From: a virus
UHGV virus genome: UHGV-1338014
Reading direction: 5' to 3' (one strand)
Length of the DNA: 34,123 nucleotides
Shown: piece by piece, positions 27,290 through 34,123 of the stretch
Layout: every line of letters begins with the position of its first letter
Numbering within the stretch: the stretch's first letter is position 1
The notes under the pieces: model-generated
What the model saw: only the letters and a program-made list of their open reading frames with translations
Databases searched by the model: none
Told to the model about the DNA's origin: nothing
Position numbers and translations under genes: made by a program

Positions 27290-27738
27290 CGACAGGAATC
27301 CGCTGGAATAACATGCTCTCACGGGGTGACATCACCGTCACCCATAACGGCCTCTCACGGGATGAGGGGCTGGTCACTCAGGTTCTTATCTGCCTTTTCA
27401 CCGATGCCCGCGCTGATGACGATGATGTCATCCCTGATGGTTCCGGCGACCCGCGTGGCTGGCCGGGCGACACATACAGCGATTTTTCGTGGGGTTCCCG
27501 CCTGTGGCTGCTTGAGCGTGAAAAGCTGACGGAAGATGTCCGCCTGCGCGTGGAAGATTACGCACGGCTGTCCATGCAACCGCTGCTGCGGGCCGGTTAC
27601 GCCCGTAACGCCACTGTCACGGCCAGAATCATCGCCCCTGACTGTATTGCCTTTCAGGTGGTGTTAACCCGCCCGGACAAAACCACGCTCACAATCGAAA
27701 TCACCCGTCGATGGGAGGCCACCATTAATGCCGTATGA
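27286..27738 (+). CDS. Baseplate protein gpW / gp25-like, Mu gp46 (150 aa)
   Basis: Size and position. Confidence 0.65.
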   Translation: MTTGIRWNNMLSRGDITVTHNGLSRDEGLVTQVLICLFTDARADDDDVIPDGSGDPRGWPGDTYSDFSWGSRLWLLEREKLTEDVRLRVEDYARLSMQPLLRAGYARNATVTARIIAPDCIAFQVVLTRPDKTTLTIEITRRWEATINAV

Positions 27739-28804
27739 AATCCCCACGCTGGGCAAACTGATTGCCGACGGCGAAAAAGATATTGCGTATGAACTCGGCC
27801 TGCAAAAGCTGCCGCCTGTCAGTGTTGAGCAGGCGCTGAACGTGTCATTCAGCAGTCAGGTCCGGGATTTATACGACCATCAGAGCTGGATTAAGGACCA
27901 GATAATCCCGTCCACCACGTCTGATGATGAAACCATTATCAAAACAGCAACGTATGAAGGGGTTATCCGCAAACAGGCCACCTTTGCCAGCGGGCCGGTG
28001 ACCTTCACCAGTCAGTCTCTCCTTCCGGCTGAAACACGGATGCAGTCCGACACGAATCAGGTGTACCAGGTGCTCACATCCGGTGAGGTACGGGACGGCG
28101 AGGTCACCGTCATTGTGCAGGCTGAAGAAGCCGGGGTGGCGGGTAATCTTGCTGCCGGTGCCGTGCTGACCCTGTTATCTCCGCTGCCCGGAACGGCCAG
28201 TGCAGGCGTGGTGGCTGAAGGTGGCATCACCGGTGGCGCAGACACTGAATCCATCGCGGAGCTGCTGGACCGTCTGCTGTATGTGCGTCGCAATCCCCCG
28301 GTGGGCGGTGCTCTGCATGATTACGTCATCTGGGCTCGCGAAGTGGCTGGCGTCAGCCGCGCGTGGGCGTGGGATGCGTGGCACGGCCCCGGCACGGTCG
28401 GACTGGCATGGCTTTACGATGACCGTGAAGATATTGTACCGACCCGCAAAGACCTGAAGACAATGGAGCAGTATCTGTTCTGCCACAAACACCCGGCCAC
28501 TGGGGTTATGGTGGGCAAACCGGGCGGCATTGAGGTCTGGCCGGTTCAGGTCAGGCTGAAGAAAGTCGACCTGTCCATCCGTCTGACACCGGACGGCCAG
28601 GCAAACAGGAACGCCGTCCGGGCAAACCTGACCGCATTACAGAAAACGCTGGCCCCTGGTCAGATGCTGCCGGTGTCCTCGCTGCGCACGGCCATCGGTA
28701 TGACATCCGGCATTACAGATTACTTTCTCAACATCGGGGAAGACACCACCAGTGATGTGGATGAGCTTATCACCATCGGGGAGGTGACATGGCTCACAGC
28801 GTGA
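27728..28804 (+). CDS. Baseplate J-like protein, Mu gp47 (358 aa)
   Basis: Size and position. Confidence 0.7.
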   Translation: MPYEIPTLGKLIADGEKDIAYELGLQKLPPVSVEQALNVSFSSQVRDLYDHQSWIKDQIIPSTTSDDETIIKTATYEGVIRKQATFASGPVTFTSQSLLPAETRMQSDTNQVYQVLTSGEVRDGEVTVIVQAEEAGVAGNLAAGAVLTLLSPLPGTASAGVVAEGGITGGADTESIAELLDRLLYVRRNPPVGGALHDYVIWAREVAGVSRAWAWDAWHGPGTVGLAWLYDDREDIVPTRKDLKTMEQYLFCHKHPATGVMVGKPGGIEVWPVQVRLKKVDLSIRLTPDGQANRNAVRANLTALQKTLAPGQMLPVSSLRTAIGMTSGITDYFLNIGEDTTSDVDELITIGEVTWLTA

Positions 28805-29763
28805 CGGAATGGCTGACCGCACTGCAACAGGTCATGCCACGGGGTAAAGCATGGACGCGTGATAACGACGCGGATTTAAACCGTTTTTTAAGGGCGCTTG
28901 CAGCGCGTTTAACCCGCATTGAATACGACGCCTCGCGTCTGCATGTGGAGATGCGCCCGGAAACCATGCTCCAGCTGCTGCCGGAGTGGGAGCAGTATCT
29001 GGCGCTGCCGGAATGCGGAATTGCCGCCACCACAACGGAAGCCCGCCGTCGTGCCGTGGTGGAGAAATACCGCCGCAAGGGTGGGCTGGCAACCTGGCAG
29101 ATTGAAGCCGCTGCTGCGGCGCTGGGCTTCACCATCAAGGTGACGGCCGTTCTGCCGCATCACTGCCTGCGCGACTGCATGTACCCGCTGCATCCGGCGC
29201 GGTATCGCTGGCTGCTGAAAGTGGAGGTTCAGGACAGCGACGCCGGGCGTTTTACCTGTGTTGATGATGTCATGACACCATTAATCAGCGGACGCACCCG
29301 CGAGCTGGAATGTCTCCTGAAAAATTACCGCATGGGTGGAACAGGGTATGAGTTTTTTTACACCGATGGTAACGATGAGGCTGTGTCCGGTCCGCCATTA
29401 TCCGTTAATCGCATACAGATTCAGGCCGGATATAAACCAGAAGAACCGTTAACGGTTAACTGTGCAGGGCTGCATTTTGCACTTGTTCCGGCACTGACAG
29501 GTAAGCCGCTGACAATTAACCGGATTAACTTTTATGCCGCCCGTCCGACGGCAGAACCACTGGTACTCAGCAGGGCGCAATTGCACTCAGGTCTGCCGAC
29601 AACGGACCCCATGACCATGAGCAGCGCACAGTTGCAGACGGGATACAGGACCCGCTCCCCCGTACCGGTTAACAGTATGCAGTTGCAGACAGCCAACAGA
29701 ACCCGTGAACCGTTATTGATTAATCACCCGGGACTGCATTTTGCTGTGGTCACGTCCGAATGA
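28789..29763 (+). CDS. Tail protein, Mu gp48 / P2 gpI-like N-terminal domain with a C-terminal repeat extension (324 aa)
   Basis: About 190 aa gpI-like region, then about 130 aa made of degenerate peptide repeats (…N-R-I-Q-I-Q-A-G-Y… / …A-Q-L-Q-T-G-Y… / …M-Q-L-Q-T-A-N…) and two copies of HPGLHFA-like ends. Confidence 0.65.
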   Translation: MAHSVTEWLTALQQVMPRGKAWTRDNDADLNRFLRALAARLTRIEYDASRLHVEMRPETMLQLLPEWEQYLALPECGIAATTTEARRRAVVEKYRRKGGLATWQIEAAAAALGFTIKVTAVLPHHCLRDCMYPLHPARYRWLLKVEVQDSDAGRFTCVDDVMTPLISGRTRELECLLKNYRMGGTGYEFFYTDGNDEAVSGPPLSVNRIQIQAGYKPEEPLTVNCAGLHFALVPALTGKPLTINRINFYAARPTAEPLVLSRAQLHSGLPTTDPMTMSSAQLQTGYRTRSPVPVNSMQLQTANRTREPLLINHPGLHFAVVTSE

Positions 29764-29786
29764 CATAAAATAAAAGGAGAGCCGCT

Positions 29787-30845
29787 TTGAATATTATTAA
29801 ACTCGAAAGTTTTCGACAAATTCCGGCGAATGAGGGATTGTGCGAGAACTATTATTCAACAAATATTATTTCAGCACTGAACGAAAACGGTGTCACGCTT
29901 ATCAATGATATGTCCGGTTCTGTAACATCCGTCTGTCGTGGCACTCAGGCCGTAAATACTGTAGAAAGAACGGGGCTGATTTTTACGACACCCTCATATG
30001 TCACACTGTACAGCACACTTCCGGACTTAAAAGCCTCAGCTGTACAGCTGGGATTTCGTCTGACATTAAGTGCGGGAAAGAAATATTCATCTTCGCCATC
30101 CCACATCAGGATTAATGGCTATTCATTTACAACCCCGTATCCTGATGAAGCAGCCAGTTATTACTATGAAATTTTCGCAACGCGAAACGAAAACGGCTAT
30201 GTCTCAGCCAGTCTGTACTGCAACCGCTCATTAGTTGGAAATGCATCGTTTTATGTATCAGATGACCGGACTGACAAAATTCAGGTGAGTATTGGTAGTG
30301 GTGACAATATTTTTTCATCGGGTGCATCCGGCACGTTAATGCTGGGTGATATGTACTGTGGAACAGTGGCATACGGAAAAAATAACAGCGCGGAACCCGC
30401 CCTGCTCGGAAGTATTGAGGTCAGATACAGCCCGGTAACGGCATTTACCGGTGGAAGCGCCAAAAACTCACTGAATAAAGATATTGTCACGGGGCTGAAC
30501 ACCTCTGACAGCGAGGCCGGATATCTGATGCTCTCGCCGTCCCTGAATGCAGCACAGGCCACGTTTGGTGCGGTGGATAACAGCAACAGTGATGTTGTGG
30601 CTGTTATGGCCTCGGTCACTTACCGCGGTGCTGATGCCCCCAATAACCGCCTGGCCTGGAAAGTGAAAAATGGCAGCCATGCAGGCGCAACGATTACAGA
30701 GAATGGCGTACAAAGCGACACAAACAGCTGGACGACTGTCTCACAGAGTTTTATGACCCAACCAGGAGGGAACACTCCCTTCGCTAAGGGTGAGCTGACT
30801 TTTACAGCGGAGTTGTTTAATCAGGCAAGGAGCGCTACTGAATAA
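29787..30845 (+). CDS. Hypothetical Ser/Thr/Asn/Gly-rich protein, probable tail-fibre or receptor-binding component (352 aa, TTG start)
   Basis: AAAGGAGA RBS 6 nt upstream of TTG 29787; lower GC than flanking genes; beta-rich composition. Confidence 0.55.
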   Translation: MNIIKLESFRQIPANEGLCENYYSTNIISALNENGVTLINDMSGSVTSVCRGTQAVNTVERTGLIFTTPSYVTLYSTLPDLKASAVQLGFRLTLSAGKKYSSSPSHIRINGYSFTTPYPDEAASYYYEIFATRNENGYVSASLYCNRSLVGNASFYVSDDRTDKIQVSIGSGDNIFSSGASGTLMLGDMYCGTVAYGKNNSAEPALLGSIEVRYSPVTAFTGGSAKNSLNKDIVTGLNTSDSEAGYLMLSPSLNAAQATFGAVDNSNSDVVAVMASVTYRGADAPNNRLAWKVKNGSHAGATITENGVQSDTNSWTTVSQSFMTQPGGNTPFAKGELTFTAELFNQARSATE

Positions 30846-30887
30846 TAAATATCTCTGTATACACAATATCAGGAGAAATAATCAGAT

Positions 30888-31958
30888 ATGTTTCACATTG
30901 ATAATAATACTGGCGTGCCGGTTATGCCGCCCGTCGCGGCTGAATACAGTAAAACGACGCTTTATTTCACCGAAGGAGGGAACGGTATTCCACCCACGTA
31001 TCCGGGGCCGGACTGGTTTAATATCGTGCAGTCCGAAATGCTGGAAATTCTCCGGCAGGCAAATATCAAACCGGACAAAAACACGACCAACCAGATTATG
31101 ACGGCGCTGAAAAAGCTGTTTATCACTAACAGTGGTTCAGCCGGGGCTATTGCCGAATTAACCGGTCAGAATAATACGTTCCCGTATTTTACGGGCGAAG
31201 ACACAATGTCATTAACGCCACTCAGTGCGTTTGTGCGCAGTATTCTCGGCAAAGAAAGTGCAACAGATTTTGCAGATGCACTGAAAGTCATAAAACAATC
31301 AGGCGACACGATGACAGGAGAGTTGAAAATCCGTGGTGTTAATGCGCTGAGGATTTTCGACGAAGCCTTTGGCCTGATTTTTCGTCGTTCGGAAGAGTGC
31401 CTGCACCTTATCCCTACCAGTGAAGGTCAGGGCGAGAATGGCGATATTGGTCCACTTCGCCCGTTCGCTATTAATCTGCGGACGGGTGAAATATCCATGT
31501 CGCATAAAGTGTCTGTTGGCGGTGGTTCGCAGGTCAATGGTGCGCTGGGTATCGGCGTTCAGAACGCGCTGGGCGGAAACTCAATTGCTTTCGGGGATAA
31601 CGATACCGGCCTGAAACAGAATGGTGACGGCATTCTGGATGTTTATGCGAATAACCAGCATGTGCTGCGTTTTCAGAGTGACAGCATTCAGAGCAATAAA
31701 GCAGTAAACGTTACAGGGCGGGTAACACCGTCAGACTACGCAAATTTTGATGCCCGCTATAAGCAGAGGACGGAGGGCGTGGAGGATATCCGGCTGGGAG
31801 GCCAGAGGGTCGACGGACACTATGATGATGATTTTACCGTTCCTTCAGGGTATGTCGTGGTTGGTGGTGATGTGCATCCTTCAACGTCATTAAAGCTGTA
31901 CTCAAGACCCCTTCAGAAATTAATTAATGGCACCTGGTATAACGCGGCGAGTGTATAA
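30888..31958 (+). CDS. Tail fibre protein (356 aa)
   Basis: N-terminus MFHIDNNTGVPVMPP...GIPPTYPGPDWFNIVQSEMLEIL resembles the conserved N-termini of enterobacterial phage side tail fibres; followed by a tail-fibre assembly gene. Confidence 0.7.
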   Translation: MFHIDNNTGVPVMPPVAAEYSKTTLYFTEGGNGIPPTYPGPDWFNIVQSEMLEILRQANIKPDKNTTNQIMTALKKLFITNSGSAGAIAELTGQNNTFPYFTGEDTMSLTPLSAFVRSILGKESATDFADALKVIKQSGDTMTGELKIRGVNALRIFDEAFGLIFRRSEECLHLIPTSEGQGENGDIGPLRPFAINLRTGEISMSHKVSVGGGSQVNGALGIGVQNALGGNSIAFGDNDTGLKQNGDGILDVYANNQHVLRFQSDSIQSNKAVNVTGRVTPSDYANFDARYKQRTEGVEDIRLGGQRVDGHYDDDFTVPSGYVVVGGDVHPSTSLKLYSRPLQKLINGTWYNAASV

Positions 31959-31960
31959 CA

Positions 31961-32506
31961 ATGCTTCATTTAAAAAATATTACTGCGGGTAATCCGAAAA
32001 CGGCAGAGCAATATCAGATGACAAAGCGGCATAGTATTGTCTGGCTTTTTTCGGAAGATGGCAAAAACTGGTATGAAGAACAGAAGAATTTTGCCAGCGA
32101 CACCATAAAAGCAGCCTATAACGACAGCGGGCGCGTGGTGTGGGTCGGTAAGGATGTGACAGGTATCGAACCCACTAACGTCAGTATCATTGAACTCCCG
32201 GATATTACTGCTAACCGCCGCATCACCGTACCGGGATACTGGTTTTACCGCAATGATGAATTTGTTTTTGATTACAAATTAAAAGCAGAAGACGAGCGTG
32301 ATACCCTGTTACAACAGACCAGCATCATGACCAGCGAATGGGAAAAAGACCTGCTGTTGGGATTAATCAGCGACGAAGACAGGGAAAAGCTGAAAGCGTA
32401 CCGTATTTACGCAAAGGCGTTGCAGGCGATGGATTTAAGCACCATCACCGATAAAACCACATATAACGCCATTAACTGGCCGGAGCGTCCCGATGCCGCA
32501 GCTTAA
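31961..32506 (+). CDS. Tail fibre assembly chaperone (Tfa / Mu U-like, 181 aa)
   Basis: Typical Tfa size and position immediately 3' of the fibre gene. Confidence 0.75.
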   Translation: MLHLKNITAGNPKTAEQYQMTKRHSIVWLFSEDGKNWYEEQKNFASDTIKAAYNDSGRVVWVGKDVTGIEPTNVSIIELPDITANRRITVPGYWFYRNDEFVFDYKLKAEDERDTLLQQTSIMTSEWEKDLLLGLISDEDREKLKAYRIYAKALQAMDLSTITDKTTYNAINWPERPDAAA

Positions 32507-32963
32507 AGGTGTGATTAAAACGCCCACAGGAGAACCGCTGGGCGGCACAACCATCACGCTGACCTCCCTGCACAACCGTGCAGGGATTCTGAAAGGTGTT
32601 TTCAGCCACGTCACTACACAGAGCGGGGAGTACGACTTCCCCGTTCTGCCGGGCGTGTACAGTGTTCGCCTGACACAGAGCGCACAGCGCCTTTCAGAAA
32701 TCGGCATCATTCGCGTTTATGAAGATTCACAGGACGGTTCGCTTAACGATTTTTTGTCGGTGACAGATGCAGATTTGCGCCCTGAATCTCTTAAAAAGTT
32801 CGAAGAGATTGCAATGCAGATACAAAAAAGTGCGGAAAGTGTCAGATTATATGCAGAGGAGGTGAAACGGGATTGCGCAATTACCCTCGAAAACAGAAAA
32901 CAGACAGAGAGACTGCTGTCCCTGATAGCAGAGCCTCTTTCTCAGAGTGCCGCAGAAAGCTGA
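32493..32963 (+). CDS. Stand-alone prophage tail-fibre N-terminal domain protein (156 aa), likely remnant of a second fibre gene
   Basis: IRVYEDSQDGSLNDFLSVTDADLRPE matches the hallmark motif of the lambda-type side-tail-fibre N-terminal domain; the ORF stops after about 156 aa with no fibre shaft. Confidence 0.6.
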   Translation: MPQLKGVIKTPTGEPLGGTTITLTSLHNRAGILKGVFSHVTTQSGEYDFPVLPGVYSVRLTQSAQRLSEIGIIRVYEDSQDGSLNDFLSVTDADLRPESLKKFEEIAMQIQKSAESVRLYAEEVKRDCAITLENRKQTERLLSLIAEPLSQSAAES

Positions 32964-33003
32964 CTCAAAAAAGGTTAATAATTAAGCGTTTTGTATAGAT
33001 TAT

Positions 33004-33100
33004 GACGATCGATACCATCATATCGATCGTCGTTTTACATCATGTGTGGTTAAATATCCCCAGCCCTCCGGGTGGTCGTATCTGGTTATTACACAGGGGG
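33004..33100 (+). promoter_or_regulatory. com-mom regulatory region with a perfect 11-bp palindrome carrying two GATC sites
   Basis: GACGATCGATA-N6-TATCGATCGTC at 33004..33031 (GATC at 33007..33010 and 33025..33028), followed by the promoter region and the com RBS. Mu mom is known to be controlled by Dam methylation upstream of its promoter. Confidence 0.6.
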
Positions 33101-33104
33101 AATC

Positions 33105-33290
33105 ATGGACTCTGTTCGCTGTAAAAACTGCAATAAGTTACTGTTTAAAGGAGGTTTTAAGCATATAGAAATTAAATGCCCTCGCTGTAAACGTTACATT
33201 GTCATATCGAATGCCAAAGAGCATCCCACGGAGCTGTATTGTGGGAAAAGAGAAGAAATCACGCATTCTGACAAAACCCTGCGTTATTGA
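33105..33290 (+). CDS. com: Com, zinc-finger translational activator of mom (61 aa)
   Basis: CKNC...CPRC zinc-finger motif; small ORF overlapping the 5' end of mom; AGGGGG RBS before ATG 33105. Confidence 0.85.
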   Translation: MDSVRCKNCNKLLFKGGFKHIEIKCPRCKRYIVISNAKEHPTELYCGKREEITHSDKTLRY

Positions 33291-33936
33291 GTATGAAGGC
33301 CGGATTGTCGGCTATGGTTCAAAGGAGTTGCGCGTTGAAACCATATCCTGCTGGCTGGCCCGCACAATCATTCAGACAAAGCATTATTCCCGCCGTTTTG
33401 TGAATAACTCCTACCTGCATCTGGGCGTATTCAGCGGACGTGATCTGGTTGGCGTTCTTCAGTGGGGATATGCCCTTAATCCCAACTCAGGGCGTCGTGT
33501 CGTGCTTGAAACAGATAACCGGGGTTACATGGAACTGAACCGCATGTGGTTACACGACGACATGCCCCGCAATTCTGAATCACGGGCCATCAGCTACGCG
33601 CTGAAAACCATCAGGTTACTGTATCCGTCAGTGGAGTGGGTTCAGTCCTTTGCAGACGAACGCTGCGGGCGTGCTGGCGTGGTATATCAGGCGTCGAATT
33701 TTGATTTTATTGGTAGCCATGAAAGCACATTCTACGAACTGGACGGCGAGTGGTATCACGAGATAGCGATGAACGCGATTAAGCGCGGAGGTCAACGAGG
33801 CGAGTATTTGCGGGCTAATAAGGAACGGGCAGTGGTACACAAATTTAATCAATATCGCTACATCAGGTTCCTGAACAAGCGCGCAAGAAAACGCCTAAAC
33901 ACCAAACTATTCAGGGTTCAGCCATACCCGAAGTGA
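33199..33936 (+). CDS. mom: Mom DNA-modification protein (anti-restriction adenine modification)
   Basis: Last gene before the right end, overlapping com. The frame is open from 33199, but the real start may be the internal GTG at 33241, which would give 231 aa. Confidence 0.85.
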   Translation: MSYRMPKSIPRSCIVGKEKKSRILTKPCVIEYEGRIVGYGSKELRVETISCWLARTIIQTKHYSRRFVNNSYLHLGVFSGRDLVGVLQWGYALNPNSGRRVVLETDNRGYMELNRMWLHDDMPRNSESRAISYALKTIRLLYPSVEWVQSFADERCGRAGVVYQASNFDFIGSHESTFYELDGEWYHEIAMNAIKRGGQRGEYLRANKERAVVHKFNQYRYIRFLNKRARKRLNTKLFRVQPYPK

Positions 33937-33957
33937 CCCCACGTTATGAATAAAAAA

Positions 33958-33984
33958 ACAGCGGTTAATGCCGCTGTTTCGTTT
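33958..33984 (+). terminator. Terminator-like hairpin after mom (ACAGCGG-TTAATG-CCGCTGT, A-run upstream and T-rich downstream)
   Basis: 7-bp GC-rich stem about 22 nt after the mom stop, flanked by A7 and TTTCGTTT. Confidence 0.6.
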
Positions 33985-34051
33985 GAAGCACGAAAATTAA
34001 AGTTTTCGCATTTATCGTGAAACGTTTTCGCGTTTTTCGTGCGCCGCTTCA
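33975..34051 (+). promoter_or_regulatory. Right end (attR) with putative transposase-binding sites R1-R3
   Basis: CGAAA-containing repeats (TTCGTGCTTCAAAC complement, TTTCGCATTTATCGTGAAACG, TTTCGCGTTTTTCGTGCGCCGCTTCA) terminating in ...CA at 34051. Confidence 0.7.
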
Positions 34052-34056
34052 GCCGC
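34052..34056. repeat. Right copy of 5-bp target-site duplication (GCCGC)
   Basis: Identical pentamer to 48..52, immediately after the terminal ...CTTCA. Confidence 0.85.
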
Positions 34057-34123
34057 TGTTCATATTTACTCATTAAGATCGCTTCACTAAACCATAATTT
34101 TACAGGGGCTATTATGCGGAAAC

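Larger units (their letters stand above)
53..34051 (+). mobile_element. Complete Mu/D108-like transposable prophage, left end to right end
   Basis: Left terminus TGTATTGATTCACGTGAAGTACGAAAAAAACCGGGAGG and right terminus ...CGTTTTCGCGTTTTTCGTGCGCCGCTTCA closely match the Mu ends as I recall them; identical 5-bp GCCGC immediately outside both ends; Mu-syntenic gene content throughout. Confidence 0.93.

Noticed and set aside
29380-29763. Diversity-generating retroelement targeting the repeat-containing 3' end of the gp48-like gene
   Set aside because: No reverse transcriptase gene and no separate template repeat anywhere in the window; the repeats are more simply explained as tandem peptide repeats.
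32964-33104. gin-type invertase or gix recombination site between the fibre locus and com
   Set aside because: The interval is only about 140 bp with no ORF, and no serine-recombinase-like translation exists in any frame of the window; the palindrome is better explained as the mom regulatory site.
1-34123. CRISPR arrays, tRNA or rRNA genes, integrase
   Set aside because: No regularly spaced direct repeats with unique spacers, no cloverleaf-like or rRNA-like segments noticed, and no tyrosine or serine integrase ORF; consistent with a transposable phage that integrates by DDE transposition.

Overview
The window is almost exactly one complete Mu/D108-family transposable prophage (53..34051, about 34.0 kb) with roughly 50-70 bp of host DNA on each side. 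Both phage termini are present (left end TGTATTGATTCAC..., right end ...GCGCCGCTTCA) and are flanked by a perfect 5-bp direct repeat GCCGC (48..52 and 34052..34056), the footprint of Mu-type transposition. Gene order on the + strand follows Mu: repressor c (minus strand), ner, transposase A, B, kil, small early genes, gam, accessory genes, gemA, a Mor/C-family activator, a secreted-protein gene, lysis cassette, small and large terminase, portal, F, a central non-coding spacer, protease/scaffold I, major head T, connector and tail-completion genes, sheath L, tube M, chaperone, tape measure, N, P, baseplate gp45-gp48 homologues, tail-fibre genes, com and mom. Departures from canonical Mu that I consider most worth follow-up: a D108-type immunity region; a shortened semi-essential early region carrying low-GC ORFs of unknown function; a secreted-protein gene in the slot between the activator and lys; no G-segment or gin invertase, with a rearranged tail-fibre locus containing a repeat-extended gp48-like protein and a 352-aa low-GC protein; and a repeat-rich central spacer. 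No rRNA, tRNA, CRISPR array or integrase was seen. All family assignments are from reading the translations and recalling motifs; no database search was run.
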